DNA of 64,000 nt from Clostridia bacterium (GCA_051866635.1 JBJDXJ010000058.1:1-64000), one strand, 5' to 3'; counted from the stretch's first letter, positions 50,633 to 60,515 are shown. Notes: generated by a model not told the origin, from the sequence alone. A program made the numbers and translations.

Positions 50633-52735
50633 TCATTCAGCAGAGGGCTGGGGTGCAGGAAGAGCATCTTTTCTGGAAAGGTTAATTCTGCCCATACGGT
50701 CAAATTCAATAACCTTAACCATGATTTCATCGCCCACAGAAACAACATCGGAAACCTTTTCAACCCTCTTATGGTCAAGTTTTGAAATGTGAACCAAGCC
50801 TTCCTTACCGGGGAGGAATTCAACAAATGCACCAAAGTCCATAAGCTTTGTTACAGTACCGAGGAAAACTTCACCTATTTCAATATTACCGCAAACACCG
50901 TTAATGAGCTTCATTGCCTTTTCTGCCCCTTCGGTATCTGTTGTAGAAATAAGAACTGTTCCGTCGTCCTCAATGTCAATCTTAACGCCTGTCATAGCTG
51001 TGATCTTCTGGATTGTCTTACCCTGCTTACCTATGATGTCGCCAATCTTTTCGGGGTCAACCTGCATTGTGAAAATCTTGGGAGCGTACTTGCTGAGCTC
51101 TGCTCTGGGTTCTGCAATACAGGGAAGCATACATTCGTCAAGGATTTTATATCTTGCAATTTTTGTCTTTTCAAGTGCTTCACGGATGATTTCGGGCTTC
51201 AAACCGTCAATCTTAATATCAACCTGGATAGCTGTGATACCCTTCTTTGTACCTGCTACCTTAAAGTCCATATCTCCGAAGAAGTCCTCAAGGCCCTGAA
51301 TGTCAACCATTGTGATAAACCTGTCACCTTCTGTAACCAAGCCACAGGAAATACCGGCAACGGGAGCTTTAATGGGAACGCCTGCATCCATAAGTGCAAG
51401 AGTTGAACCGCAGATACTGCCCTGAGAAGTTGAACCATTGGAGGAAAGAACTTCACTTACAAGACGAAGTGAATAGGGGAATTCCTCACGGGAAGGGATA
51501 ACGGGAACAAGTGCCTTTTCAGCTAAAGCACCGTGACCTATTTCACGTCTTCCGGGACCACGGCTTGCTCTTGTTTCACCAACAGAGTAGCTGGGGAAGT
51601 TGTAGTGATGCATATATCTCTTTTCAACTTCTTCATCAATACCGTCAAGGATCTGTGCTTCGGAGAGCATACCCAAAGTTACGGTTGTCAACACCTGTGT
51701 CTGACCACGTGTAAAAAGACCTGTACCGTGAACACGGGGAAGAACACCAACTTCAGCGGAAAGAGGACGGATTTCGTCAAGTTTACGGCCGTCAACACGT
51801 CTGCCTTCGTCTAAAATCCAACGGCGAACGATGTACTTCTGGAGCTTGTAAATAGCTTCGTCAATAAGTGTAGTTTCAACTTCGGGATACTTTTCAGCCA
51901 TCTGTGCATAAACTTCTTCATATACGGGCTTAAGACGCTCTTCACGGATGTTCTTATCATCTGTGTCAAGAGCAAACTTCACCTTGTCAATGGCAAAAGC
52001 CTTAATATCTTCGTACAAATCTTCAGGAACTTCGATAGGTGTATATTCAATCTTTTCCTTACCGATTTCTTTCTGGATATTTTCAATGAAAAGACACATC
52101 TTAACAATTTCTTCATGTGCCTTCATGATTGATTCAAACATTAAATCTTCGGGGATTTCTCTGCCGCCTGCTTCAATCATGTTAACCTTTTCCTTAGTGC
52201 CTGCGATTGTAAGGAACATGTCACTTACTTCTCTCTGACTGAGGGTGGGGTTAATAACAATTTCACCGTCAACAAGACCTACAGTAACACCGGCGATGGG
52301 ACCGTTAAAGGGTGCAGGAGAAATACAAGCTGAAATGCTTGCACCAAGCATAGCCGCAACTTCGGGAGAACAGTCGGGGTCAACGCTCATTACCGTTGTT
52401 ACGATGGACACGTCATTACGTAAATCCTTGGGGAACAAGGGACGCATGGGACGGTCAATACAACGTGATGCCAGGATTGCCTTTTCGGAAGGACGACCCT
52501 CTCTCTTTAAATAACTGCCGGGGATTTTACCTGCGGCATAAAGCTTTTCTTCATAATCTACTGCCAAAGGGAAGAAATCAACGCCTTCACGAGGCTTAGG
52601 TGAAATAGTACATGCAGCATGAACTGCTGTTTCGCCGTAGCGAACAAGACAGCTACCTGATGCCAATTGTGCCATCTTGCCTGTTTCAACAACAAGAGGA
52701 CGACCGGCAAATGTTGTTTCAAATGTTCTGAACAT
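50633..52735 (-). CDS. pnp: Polyribonucleotide nucleotidyltransferase (PNPase)
   Basis: DFFPL, FTRGQTQ, RREIGHG, SNGSTSQ, GDMDFKVAG, KH and S1 domains; start MFRTF with GAAAGGA RBS. Confidence 0.99.
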   Translation of the reverse strand: MFRTFETTFAGRPLVVETGKMAQLASGSCLVRYGETAVHAACTISPKPREGVDFFPLAVDYEEKLYAAGKIPGSYLKREGRPSEKAILASRCIDRPMRPLFPKDLRNDVSIVTTVMSVDPDCSPEVAAMLGASISACISPAPFNGPIAGVTVGLVDGEIVINPTLSQREVSDMFLTIAGTKEKVNMIEAGGREIPEDLMFESIMKAHEEIVKMCLFIENIQKEIGKEKIEYTPIEVPEDLYEDIKAFAIDKVKFALDTDDKNIREERLKPVYEEVYAQMAEKYPEVETTLIDEAIYKLQKYIVRRWILDEGRRVDGRKLDEIRPLSAEVGVLPRVHGTGLFTRGQTQVLTTVTLGMLSEAQILDGIDEEVEKRYMHHYNFPSYSVGETRASRGPGRREIGHGALAEKALVPVIPSREEFPYSLRLVSEVLSSNGSTSQGSICGSTLALMDAGVPIKAPVAGISCGLVTEGDRFITMVDIQGLEDFFGDMDFKVAGTKKGITAIQVDIKIDGLKPEIIREALEKTKIARYKILDECMLPCIAEPRAELSKYAPKIFTMQVDPEKIGDIIGKQGKTIQKITAMTGVKIDIEDDGTVLISTTDTEGAEKAMKLINGVCGNIEIGEVFLGTVTKLMDFGAFVEFLPGKEGLVHISKLDHKRVEKVSDVVSVGDEIMVKVIEFDRMGRINLSRKDALPAPQPSAE

Positions 52736-52786
52736 AATATACATCCTTTCTAAAATTCTATGCGGTCTCACCGCTGTAAGTTTTTT

Positions 52787-52873
52787 AGAGGACTTATGAG
52801 ATATTATCACTTATATATATTTCCGATTTTCGGGGACATATATAAGTGATAAGCGAATAGTCATAAGCCCTCT
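52787..52873 (-). promoter_or_regulatory. Long stem-loop in the pnp leader (likely RNase III processing/autoregulation site)
   Basis: agaggacttatga/tcataagccctct and ttatcacttatata/tatataagtgataa nested arms. Confidence 0.6.
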
Positions 52874-52914
52874 CGCACCTGAAAATGGCAAATTTTGCCT
52901 TATTGTAAATATGA

Positions 52915-52949
52915 AAACAAGGCGGAACAGGGTTTGCTCCGCCTTGTTA
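52915..52949 (-). terminator. rpsO terminator
   Basis: aacaaggcgga...tccgccttgtt with U tract on the minus strand. Confidence 0.75.
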
Positions 52950-52953
52950 CAAA

Positions 52954-53217
52954 TTACTTTCTCAAGCCGAGTTTTGCAACGATTGCACGATAACGGTTGA
53001 TATCCTTCTTTGTGAGGTAGTCAAGAAGACCACGTCTCTTACCAACCATCATAAGAAGACCACGTCTTGAATGATGATCCTTCTTAAATTCCTTAAGGTG
53101 TTCGTTAAGGTGATTAATTCTCTCTGTAAGGAGAGCAATCTGTACTTCGGGAGAACCTGTGTCTGTAGGAGACAACTGGAATTCCTTAATAATCTCTGCT
53201 TTTCTTTCGGGTGTCAT
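52954..53217 (-). CDS. rpsO: 30S ribosomal protein S15
   Basis: [23 protein letters not shown]. Confidence 0.99.
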   Translation of the reverse strand: MTPERKAEIIKEFQLSPTDTGSPEVQIALLTERINHLNEHLKEFKKDHHSRRGLLMMVGKRRGLLDYLTKKDINRYRAIVAKLGLRK

Positions 53218-53244
53218 AGTAGTACCTCCATAAATATAATAAAA

Positions 53245-53320
53245 TTATTATTCCCCACCAGCCAAAGAAAAAGGTCGGAGAACCCAGAACCCTTGACCGG
53301 GGACAAGGCTTATAAAGCCG
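53245..53320 (-). promoter_or_regulatory. Probable S15 leader (autoregulatory RNA)
   Basis: GC-rich structured 5' UTR (tcccc...gggga, ggtc...gacc) between the promoter at 53327-53355 and rpsO. Confidence 0.5.
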
Positions 53321-53406
53321 TTTATTATATTAACACAAGAGGTATTTGTTGTCAAGTTTTTTTTGAGAAAAAAGACGCTGCTAATGCAACGCCTTTATGT
53401 ATTAAT

Positions 53407-54438
53407 TTATCTTTGTACTCTGCCGCTTCCGTCGCCGCCCATAAGAGCTTCAACTTCCCCACGTGTAACCATGTTCATATCGCCGGGGATTGTGTGCTTA
53501 AGTGCAGAAGCCGCAACACCGTATTCAAGTGCCGTTTTAAAATCTCTGCCGTCAAGCATACCGCAGATAACGCCTGCCGCAAAGCTGTCGCCGCCGCCTA
53601 CACGGTCAACGATAGGACAAATTCTGTATTCACGGGAATGATAGAATTCCTTTGTGTCTCTGGAATAAATACAAGCTGACCAACCGTTATCGGATGCAGA
53701 ATGGGAAACACGAAGTGAGGAAATTACATATTCAAAGTTGAACTTTTCAACCATCTGTTCAAAAATGCTCTTATATCCTGCCAATTCCAATTCACCGCTT
53801 GTAACATCAGTGTCACCGGGCTTGAAGCCAAGAACCTTTTCAGCATCTTCTTCGTTACCGATACATACATCAACGTACTGCATAAGGTTTGTCATAACCT
53901 TCTGTGCCTTTTCACTGCTCCAGAGCTTTTTACGGAAGTTAAGGTCACAGGAAACCTTTACGCCATGTTCCTTAGCCTTTTTAAGAGCTACTTCTGTCAA
54001 TTCAGCTGCCGCATCACTTACAGCAGGTGTAATACCTGTAAAGTGGAACCAGTCACAACCTTCAAAGATTTTGTCAAAGTCAAAATCTTCTGCTACAGCT
54101 GTTGAAATGGAAGAATGAGCACGGTCATAAACAACATTGCTGGCACGCATTGAAGCACCTGTTTCAAGGAAATAAATACCAAGTCTTTCGCCGCCGCGAG
54201 CAATGTTTTGTGTGCCTACGTTCATCTTGCGTAAAGATGCAACTGCACATTCACCGATGGGGTTTGAGGGAACCTTTGTTACAAATTCAGCCTCGTGACC
54301 GTAATTTGCCAAAGATACTGCCACATTGGCTTCACCGCCGCCATAGCAAACGTCAAATTCGTCTGCCTGAAGAAATCTTTCATTACCGGGTGTTGAAAGT
54401 CTGAGCATGATTTCACCCATTGTTACTACTTTTGCCAT
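53407..54438 (-). CDS. kdgK: 2-keto-3-deoxygluconate kinase (PfkB family)
   Basis: GEIMLRLS, GGGEANVA, DLNFRKKLW, DRVGGGDSF. Confidence 0.92.
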   Translation of the reverse strand: MAKVVTMGEIMLRLSTPGNERFLQADEFDVCYGGGEANVAVSLANYGHEAEFVTKVPSNPIGECAVASLRKMNVGTQNIARGGERLGIYFLETGASMRASNVVYDRAHSSISTAVAEDFDFDKIFEGCDWFHFTGITPAVSDAAAELTEVALKKAKEHGVKVSCDLNFRKKLWSSEKAQKVMTNLMQYVDVCIGNEEDAEKVLGFKPGDTDVTSGELELAGYKSIFEQMVEKFNFEYVISSLRVSHSASDNGWSACIYSRDTKEFYHSREYRICPIVDRVGGGDSFAAGVICGMLDGRDFKTALEYGVAASALKHTIPGDMNMVTRGEVEALMGGDGSGRVQR

Positions 54439-54621
54439 TGGAAACAACTCCTTATATAATATAAAATAAGATAATTAATTATTTAAACTAAAATCCGGTT
54501 ATGTCAGCAAACACAAAATCTGAAATAGATTCTGTCAGATTGTGCTTTTGCATGAACGCCGTGTACTATGTGTACACAAGTGAAATGCAAAAGTGCGAGA
54601 TGGACAATTTTATCCGCAATT

Positions 54622-55260
54622 TTAAAAGCCTACGTCTTCGGCGATGACTATAACATTGAAGCGTCCGGGATGCTTACGTCCGTTATGTATGATGCTTGTG
54701 GCATTACATACACTTTGCTGAATTTCGCAGTGTTCGCATTTGCCTGTTACGGCACAGGGGGTCTGGTGACCGATACGCTTTGCGTTTGCGGGAGCAATTT
54801 GCTTAATGCGGTCAAATGCCGCAGGAAGGTCGTCAACAACCTTGTTTGCACCTACAACGATTAAAACCTTGTCGGGACCGAATATGATACCGCCTGCACG
54901 GTTACCGGAAGAGTCGGTGTTGACGATTTCACCGTCACGTGTGATTGCATTACTGCCTGTAACAAGCCAGTCAGCCATCATACTTTCACGGTAAACCTTG
55001 TAACATTCCTCGTAACTTCCTGTTGCGTAACGGTCGTAAAAACGGTATTTATCGCTTCTGAAAACTTCAACCATGCCCATGTCGCCTAATGTTACACTGC
55101 CGCCCATTGCAATAGATGAGCCTTCGGGGATAGTGTCAATAATCATCTGCTTTGCTTCGTCGCAGTTTTCTGCGTAACGGGCATTGTAGCCCTTATCGTT
55201 TAAAATGTCAACAATTTCTTTTGCAATTTGCTGACATTGCCATTTTCTTGCCCAATGCAT
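54622..55260 (-). CDS. LUD-domain (lactate utilization LutC-like/DUF1121) protein
   Basis: 'GGSVTL', 'GSNAITRDGEIVNTDSSGNR', 'VGANKVV', 'TPCAVTGKC..C'. Confidence 0.85.
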   Translation of the reverse strand: MHWARKWQCQQIAKEIVDILNDKGYNARYAENCDEAKQMIIDTIPEGSSIAMGGSVTLGDMGMVEVFRSDKYRFYDRYATGSYEECYKVYRESMMADWLVTGSNAITRDGEIVNTDSSGNRAGGIIFGPDKVLIVVGANKVVDDLPAAFDRIKQIAPANAKRIGHQTPCAVTGKCEHCEIQQSVCNATSIIHNGRKHPGRFNVIVIAEDVGF

Positions 55261-55393
55261 AATATATTGTCCTCCTTTAAAGGTACGGGTACAGGGCTGC
55301 TTTTTGAAATCGGGAGACGATTTCAAAAAAACATCTGCGGATGTTTGTCACCCACTGTTCCCGTCAGATTTCTTTTGCCGCAAAAGAAATAAT

Positions 55394-56224
55394 TTATTTC
55401 AGTTCATTTGTTTTGCAGTGGTCCATATCGTCAAAGTCCTGGTTTTCGCCAACCATGCCCCAGATGAATGTATAGCAATGTGTACCTACACCTGAATGAA
55501 TAGACCAGGAAGGAGAAATAACAGCCTGTTCGTTACGCATAACAATATGGCGTGTTTCCCGGGGCTGACCCATAAGGTGAAATACTGCCGCATCGCTTGG
55601 AAGGTCAAAATAGAGATAAACCTCCATCCTTCTTTCGTGGGTATGACAGGGCATTGTATTCCACATACTGCCTTCCTCAAGCTTTGTAAGACCCATGGAA
55701 AGCTGGCATGTATCAAGAACATCAGGGTGGATGTACTGATAAATAGTTCTCTTGTTGCTGTCCTCCATAGTACCGATAGGACGCTTATTTGCCTTTTCCA
55801 TATCGATAAATACTGTGGGGTATGTTTTATGAGCAGGAGCAGAATTGAAGTAAAACTTTGCAGGGCTTTCTGCATCATCGCTTTCAAACTTAACATCCTT
55901 GGTACCCATACCAACGTACAAGCCGTCTTTATTTCCTAAGTTATAAACAACACCGTCAAGAGTTACCTTACCCTTACCACCGATGTTTATAATACCCAGT
56001 TCCCTTCTCTGAAGGAAGTATTCTGCACGAAGCTCTTCCCCTGCTTCTAAAGTAAGGGCATCTTTACCGGGTGTTGCACCGCCTACGATAATGCGGTCAA
56101 CGTGGGAATAAACCGTGTTAATCTTGCCTGTTTCAAAAAGGTTTTCGATGAGGTAGTGTTCTCTTAATTCTTCTGTCGTGTAGTACATTGCATCATTAGG
56201 ATGCGTATCGTATCTTACGTCCAT
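55394..56224 (-). CDS. kduI: 5-dehydro-4-deoxy-D-glucuronate isomerase
   Basis: YSHVDR, RRELGIINIGG, WNTMPCHTHERRMEVY, SPSWSIHSG. Confidence 0.97.
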   Translation of the reverse strand: MDVRYDTHPNDAMYYTTEELREHYLIENLFETGKINTVYSHVDRIIVGGATPGKDALTLEAGEELRAEYFLQRRELGIINIGGKGKVTLDGVVYNLGNKDGLYVGMGTKDVKFESDDAESPAKFYFNSAPAHKTYPTVFIDMEKANKRPIGTMEDSNKRTIYQYIHPDVLDTCQLSMGLTKLEEGSMWNTMPCHTHERRMEVYLYFDLPSDAAVFHLMGQPRETRHIVMRNEQAVISPSWSIHSGVGTHCYTFIWGMVGENQDFDDMDHCKTNELK

Positions 56225-56309
56225 TGGCTTTCTCCTTTAATTTTAATAAATGAAATGGGCAGACAGGCAATCGCCTGCCTGCCGCAGATAGCTTTAAATA
56301 TAAAAACTT

Positions 56310-57110
56310 TTAGGGCTGTTTGCCGATATAAGCCAAGATACCGCCGTCAACATAAAGAACGTGACCATTTACGAAGTCGGAAGCGTCACTTGCCAAAAAT
56401 ACTGCAGGACCAACCAAGTCTTCTGTCTTACCCCAACGAGCCGCAGGAGTCTTCGAAATAATAAACTGGTCGAAGGGATGACGGCTGCCGTCAGGCTGTT
56501 TTTCACGGAGAGGAGCAGTCTGAGGTGTTTCGATATAGCCGGGGCCGATACCGTTACACTGGATGTTATGTTCGCCGTATTCAGAGCAGATGTTTCTTGT
56601 ACGCATCTTTAAGCCGCCCTTAGCAGCAGCGTAAGCAGACACTGTTTCTCTGCCAAGTTCGCTCATCATGGAGCAGATGTTAATAATCTTACCGTGACCC
56701 TTCTTAATCATGGAAGGAATACAAGCCTTTGCAACGATAAAGGGAGCGTTAAGGTCAACATCGATAACCTGTCTGAATTCAGCGGCTGTCATGTCGCACA
56801 TTGGGATACGCTTAATGATACCTGCGTTGTTAACGAGAATATCAATAACGCCAACTTCTTCTTCAATCTTAGCTACCATAGCGTTAACCTGGTCTTCATT
56901 AGTTACGTCACAAACATAGCCCTTAGCTTCGATGCCTGCTTCTTTGTAAGCGGCAAGACCCTTGTCAACAAGTTCCTGTTTAATATCGTTAAATACGATT
57001 TTAGCACCTGCCTCGGCAAGACCGGAAGCAATTGCAAAACCGATACCGTAGGATGCACCTGTTACAAGAGCAACCTTGCCCTGAAGGCTGAATTTTTCTA
57101 AAATATTCAT
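56310..57110 (-). CDS. kduD: 2-deoxy-D-gluconate 3-dehydrogenase / gluconate 5-dehydrogenase (SDR)
   Basis: TGASYGIG, NNAGII, YAAAK, GHVLYVDGG; adjacent to kduI. Confidence 0.88.
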   Translation of the reverse strand: MNILEKFSLQGKVALVTGASYGIGFAIASGLAEAGAKIVFNDIKQELVDKGLAAYKEAGIEAKGYVCDVTNEDQVNAMVAKIEEEVGVIDILVNNAGIIKRIPMCDMTAAEFRQVIDVDLNAPFIVAKACIPSMIKKGHGKIINICSMMSELGRETVSAYAAAKGGLKMRTRNICSEYGEHNIQCNGIGPGYIETPQTAPLREKQPDGSRHPFDQFIISKTPAARWGKTEDLVGPAVFLASDASDFVNGHVLYVDGGILAYIGKQP

Positions 57111-57130
57111 TTTTCTTTCTCCTATTCTGA

Positions 57131-57778
57131 TTACTTCTTGGGTACGCCTTCCCAGTCCTTAAGGAAGCGTTCAATACCTGCATCTGTAAGAGGATGCTTT
57201 GTCATCTGAACAATTACGTTGTAGGGTACTGTTGCGATATGAGCACCAAGGCGAGCCGCTTCGATAACGTGAACAGGATGACGAACAGAAGCTGCAATGA
57301 TTTCAGTTTCGATACCGTGTGTATCAAAGATATCAACGATTTCTTCGATAAGGTTCATACCGTTCATCCCGATATCGTCAAGACGGCCTAAGAAGGGAGA
57401 TACATATGTTGCACCTGCACGAGCTGCCAAAAGAGCCTGTGTAGAGTTGAAAATAAGTGTAACATTTGTCTTGATGCCTTCTGCGGAAAGAATTTTAACA
57501 GCCTTTAAGCCTTCAAGAGTCATAGGAATTTTAATAACGATGTTCTTATGAATCTTAACAAGTTCCTTAGCTTCGCTTACCATACCTTCATGGTCAAGTG
57601 CGATAACTTCAGCACTGATGGGACCATCAACGATAGAAGTGATTTCTGTTACAACCTCCTTGAAATCTCTGCCTTCTTTAGCAATAAGAGAAGGGTTTGT
57701 TGTAACGCCACAAATTACGCCAAGGTCGTTAGCAGCCTTAATGTCAGCCACATTGGCTGTGTCAATAAAAATTTTCAT
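57131..57778 (-). CDS. fsa: Fructose-6-phosphate aldolase / small transaldolase
   Basis: [36 protein letters not shown]. Confidence 0.93.
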   Translation of the reverse strand: MKIFIDTANVADIKAANDLGVICGVTTNPSLIAKEGRDFKEVVTEITSIVDGPISAEVIALDHEGMVSEAKELVKIHKNIVIKIPMTLEGLKAVKILSAEGIKTNVTLIFNSTQALLAARAGATYVSPFLGRLDDIGMNGMNLIEEIVDIFDTHGIETEIIAASVRHPVHVIEAARLGAHIATVPYNVIVQMTKHPLTDAGIERFLKDWEGVPKK

Positions 57779-57883
57779 TGTAAATCCATCCTTTCAAATT
57801 ATAAATTTCTTGCTAATATTTTATCATATTTATTTTAAATAAACAAGTAGTATTTGTCCATTTTGGAAAATTATTTAATAATA

Positions 57884-58101
57884 GCGTGTCTAAAAGAGAC
57901 ACGCGACCTCAAAGGCGGACTATGTCCTTCAGCACTTTGAGGTCTATATTTTTTTCTAAGGAACAAAGTGGCAATTTCTCGTGCAAGGGGTCTTTGACCC
58001 CCTAAAATCGCCACTTTCGGAGCCGAAAATGCGATTTCCGGCTCCTATTTTATTTTGGAAGTCTACTCTCACCAAATCCCTTGCTACTGAATAAAAATAG
58101 G
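57884..58101. other. Multi-hairpin intergenic element (putative ncRNA or repeat)
   Basis: Five abutting inverted repeats over ~220 bp. Confidence 0.5.
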
Positions 58102-58102
58102 T

Positions 58103-58495
58103 TTATCGACAGTTTGAAAGTAATTCTTTCATTTTTTCGTCAGGATAAAAGGGATATGATTTTTTCATGAAAACTATTTCATTGTCTTTTATCTCTGTTT
58201 CATTTAAGAAAAAGACTATGCTTTCCCATTCAAGACGGCCGTATTTACGTACAAAGGCAATACGGTCCTCGTAGAGAACATATTTAAGGTCAAACACAAA
58301 GCCGTTTAGAAGTTTAAGTGTAATAAAAGCAAAAATAAAAATTACACCAACACTTAAAATTCCCCTGTAGGGCAAAAGGTTTACAAAAAAGAGAGCAACG
58401 CACAACAGCACAACGGTAATAATAAAGAGAACAGTTCTTTGCACCCCATTGCTTTCATTTTTCACCTTTTGAGAATATATGGGCTTATCATTCAT
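58103..58495 (-). CDS. Hypothetical membrane protein (2 TM)
   Basis: Overlaps the coaX stop; two hydrophobic segments. Confidence 0.75.
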   Translation of the reverse strand: MNDKPIYSQKVKNESNGVQRTVLFIITVVLLCVALFFVNLLPYRGILSVGVIFIFAFITLKLLNGFVFDLKYVLYEDRIAFVRKYGRLEWESIVFFLNETEIKDNEIVFMKKSYPFYPDEKMKELLSNCR

Positions 58496-59267
58496 TTTTT
58501 TCACCCTTTATCCTGTCGTAAATAATTCTAAGTCCGTCCAAAGTCAGGTTAGGCTCAATAACATCAATGGAGGAGCTTTCCTCACTTATCATACCGCTTA
58601 AACCGCCTGTTGCAATAACCTTGGCGTCTACCCCCATTTCTTCACGGATTAATTTAACAATGTAATCCACCTGTCCTACATAGCCGTGGATTACACCTGA
58701 CTGCATACTTGAAACAGTTGTTTTCCCGATAACTGTCTTTGTGGGGGCAAGTTCAATTCGGGGAAGTTTACTTGTTTTTGAGAAAAGTGCCTCAACGCTT
58801 ATTTTAATGCCCGGGCATATTGCACCGCCAAGATAGTCCCCGTTTGCACGGATTGCACAAAATGTTGTGGCAGTGCCGAAGTCCACAACAATAAGGTCAG
58901 TCTTATACTTTTCCAATGCGGCAACGGCGTTTACCAACCTGTCGGCACCAACCTCATTTGGATTTTCGTACTTTATGTTAAGCCCTAAGTCAAGTTTATT
59001 TGTCACAACAAGAGGCTTTTTGCCAAGGTACTTTGTAATTGCCCTTTCCAAGGAATACATAATAGGCGGTACAACGGAGGATATTATAACGTCCTCAATA
59101 TCACGGGCTTCTATGCCGTTGAACAAAAGAAGCTGAAGGAACATCATGCCGTATTCGTCACGGCTTTTTTCATAGCTTGTTGCCACACGGAAACTTTTCA
59201 CAAACTTTTCTTTGTCAAAAACACCAAGGACAATATTTGTATTACCAACGTCAATTGCAAGTAACAT
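58488..59267 (-). CDS. coaX: Type III pantothenate kinase
   Basis: IDVGNTN, GADR, VDFGTATT, GGAICPG, ATGG. Confidence 0.97.
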   Translation of the reverse strand: MLLAIDVGNTNIVLGVFDKEKFVKSFRVATSYEKSRDEYGMMFLQLLLFNGIEARDIEDVIISSVVPPIMYSLERAITKYLGKKPLVVTNKLDLGLNIKYENPNEVGADRLVNAVAALEKYKTDLIVVDFGTATTFCAIRANGDYLGGAICPGIKISVEALFSKTSKLPRIELAPTKTVIGKTTVSSMQSGVIHGYVGQVDYIVKLIREEMGVDAKVIATGGLSGMISEESSSIDVIEPNLTLDGLRIIYDRIKGEKNE

Positions 59268-59281
59268 TTATCTGCTCCTTT

Positions 59282-59755
59282 CTATAACCAATCACAGTGG
59301 ACAAAACTTGCCTCACCGTTTTCAATTTCCATAATACCTACAGAATATCCCCCAACTCTCGGGCGGGAAATACTGCCCGGATTAAAAACACGAACACTTC
59401 CGTATACTTCGTTAACGGGAATATGACTGTGTCCGAAAAGGGCAATACTACAGCAGAGTTCCTCTGCCCTTTTAGCTATGCGGAAGCCATTGTCCCACAC
59501 ACCGTAAGTATGACCGTGAGTGATAAAAACCTTAACACCTTCAATATCTAAAACTTTTTCACTCTCACGTCTTACCCATGGGTCGTTGTTGCCTAAAACC
59601 GCTTCAACCCTTATATGGGGATAAACGCTTTCAAGGTATTCTACATCACGCTCAATGTCGCCTAAATGAATAATCATATCAGGTTCAAATGCCACTATGG
59701 CTTTATCAAACCTTTTTGTATCCCCGTGGGAATCGGAAATAATCAGAACACGCAT
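59282..59755 (-). CDS. YfcE/MJ0936-family metallophosphoesterase
   Basis: SDSHG, HLGD, GNND, THGH, FGHSH, NPGS. Confidence 0.93.
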   Translation of the reverse strand: MRVLIISDSHGDTKRFDKAIVAFEPDMIIHLGDIERDVEYLESVYPHIRVEAVLGNNDPWVRRESEKVLDIEGVKVFITHGHTYGVWDNGFRIAKRAEELCCSIALFGHSHIPVNEVYGSVRVFNPGSISRPRVGGYSVGIMEIENGEASFVHCDWL

Positions 59756-59844
59756 AACATCACCAAAGGTATTTTACACCCAAATTTCTCCTGTGTCAAC
59801 AAAGAGGCTTCCCGAATATTATAAACCTGAAAGGAGCTTGGATT

Positions 59845-60081
59845 ATGGATATTTTAAGCATGTTACAAAATATGGATAAAGAAACATTGGAAAAAGGTTT
59901 GAAGGAGGCGACAGCTTTTTTATCAACCCCCCAAGGACAGAATGCGGCAAAAATGCTATCTGAGGGAAAAATGCCTGACGGAGGACAATTGCCTGAGGGC
60001 TTAAAAGAAGCGGCAGAAGCCATAAAGGGGGATAAAAACGCACAGAATATGCTGGGGGAGCTGATAAAAAGGCGGAAGTAG
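59845..60081 (+). CDS. Small hypothetical protein (possibly the N-terminal part of a frameshifted gene)
   Basis: AAGGAG RBS; helical 78-aa ORF. Confidence 0.7.
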   Translation: MDILSMLQNMDKETLEKGLKEATAFLSTPQGQNAAKMLSEGKMPDGGQLPEGLKEAAEAIKGDKNAQNMLGELIKRRK

Positions 60082-60251
60082 GCGGTGGATTTAATTTATC
60101 AAATCTTATCCCCGATGACAACAGAACAAAACTGCTTTTAGCCTTAAAGCCATTTTTAAGCGAAAATCGGGCACCATATATGGACAGTGCCGTAAACATT
60201 TTAAAATTAGTTTCCATAGGCAAAATAGGCAAAGATTTAAAGCTTTTTTAG
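60036..60251 (+). pseudogene. Start-less reading frame encoding a clostridial 'DDNRTKLLLALKPFLS' domain (-1 frame relative to the upstream ORF)
   Basis: Hand translation ...GGFNLSNLIPDDNRTKLLLALKPFLSENRAPYMDSAVNILKLV...; no upstream ATG/GTG/TTG in frame. Confidence 0.55.
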
Positions 60252-60260
60252 GAGGTAGGT

Positions 60261-60515
60261 ATGAGAGTTATTCAGATGAGCCCTTTTTCCTCACCCTCCC
60301 AAAGCTACACTGCTCCCACATCAAATGTGGTTTTACTGCCTCAAACAAAGGAGCCCGGTCCTATTAAAAACAAAGGTTTTAAAATTGACTTTAAAAATTT
60401 CAAACAGGACGACTGGATTTTGTTAGGGATTATTATAATCCTTGTTTTAGAGGGCAGTGACGATTACGTTCTCCTTTGTGCATTAGGTTACTTATTTGTT
60501 GTAGGACTGTTATAA
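60261..60515 (+). CDS. Small hypothetical membrane protein
   Basis: AGGAGG RBS; C-terminal 'DDWILLGIIIILVLEGSDD..LL.AL.YLF' hairpin. Confidence 0.8.
   Translation: MRVIQMSPFSSPSQSYTAPTSNVVLLPQTKEPGPIKNKGFKIDFKNFKQDDWILLGIIIILVLEGSDDYVLLCALGYLFVVGLL

Noticed and set aside
56601-56603. Arg in 'LKMRTRNI' of KduD where Leu is usual
   Set aside because: A single-base difference; cannot be told apart from a sequencing error or private mutation.
57905-57944. Hammerhead ribozyme (CUGAAG followed by a small stem on the minus strand)
   Set aside because: The core does not match CUGANGA and the GAAA element is missing.
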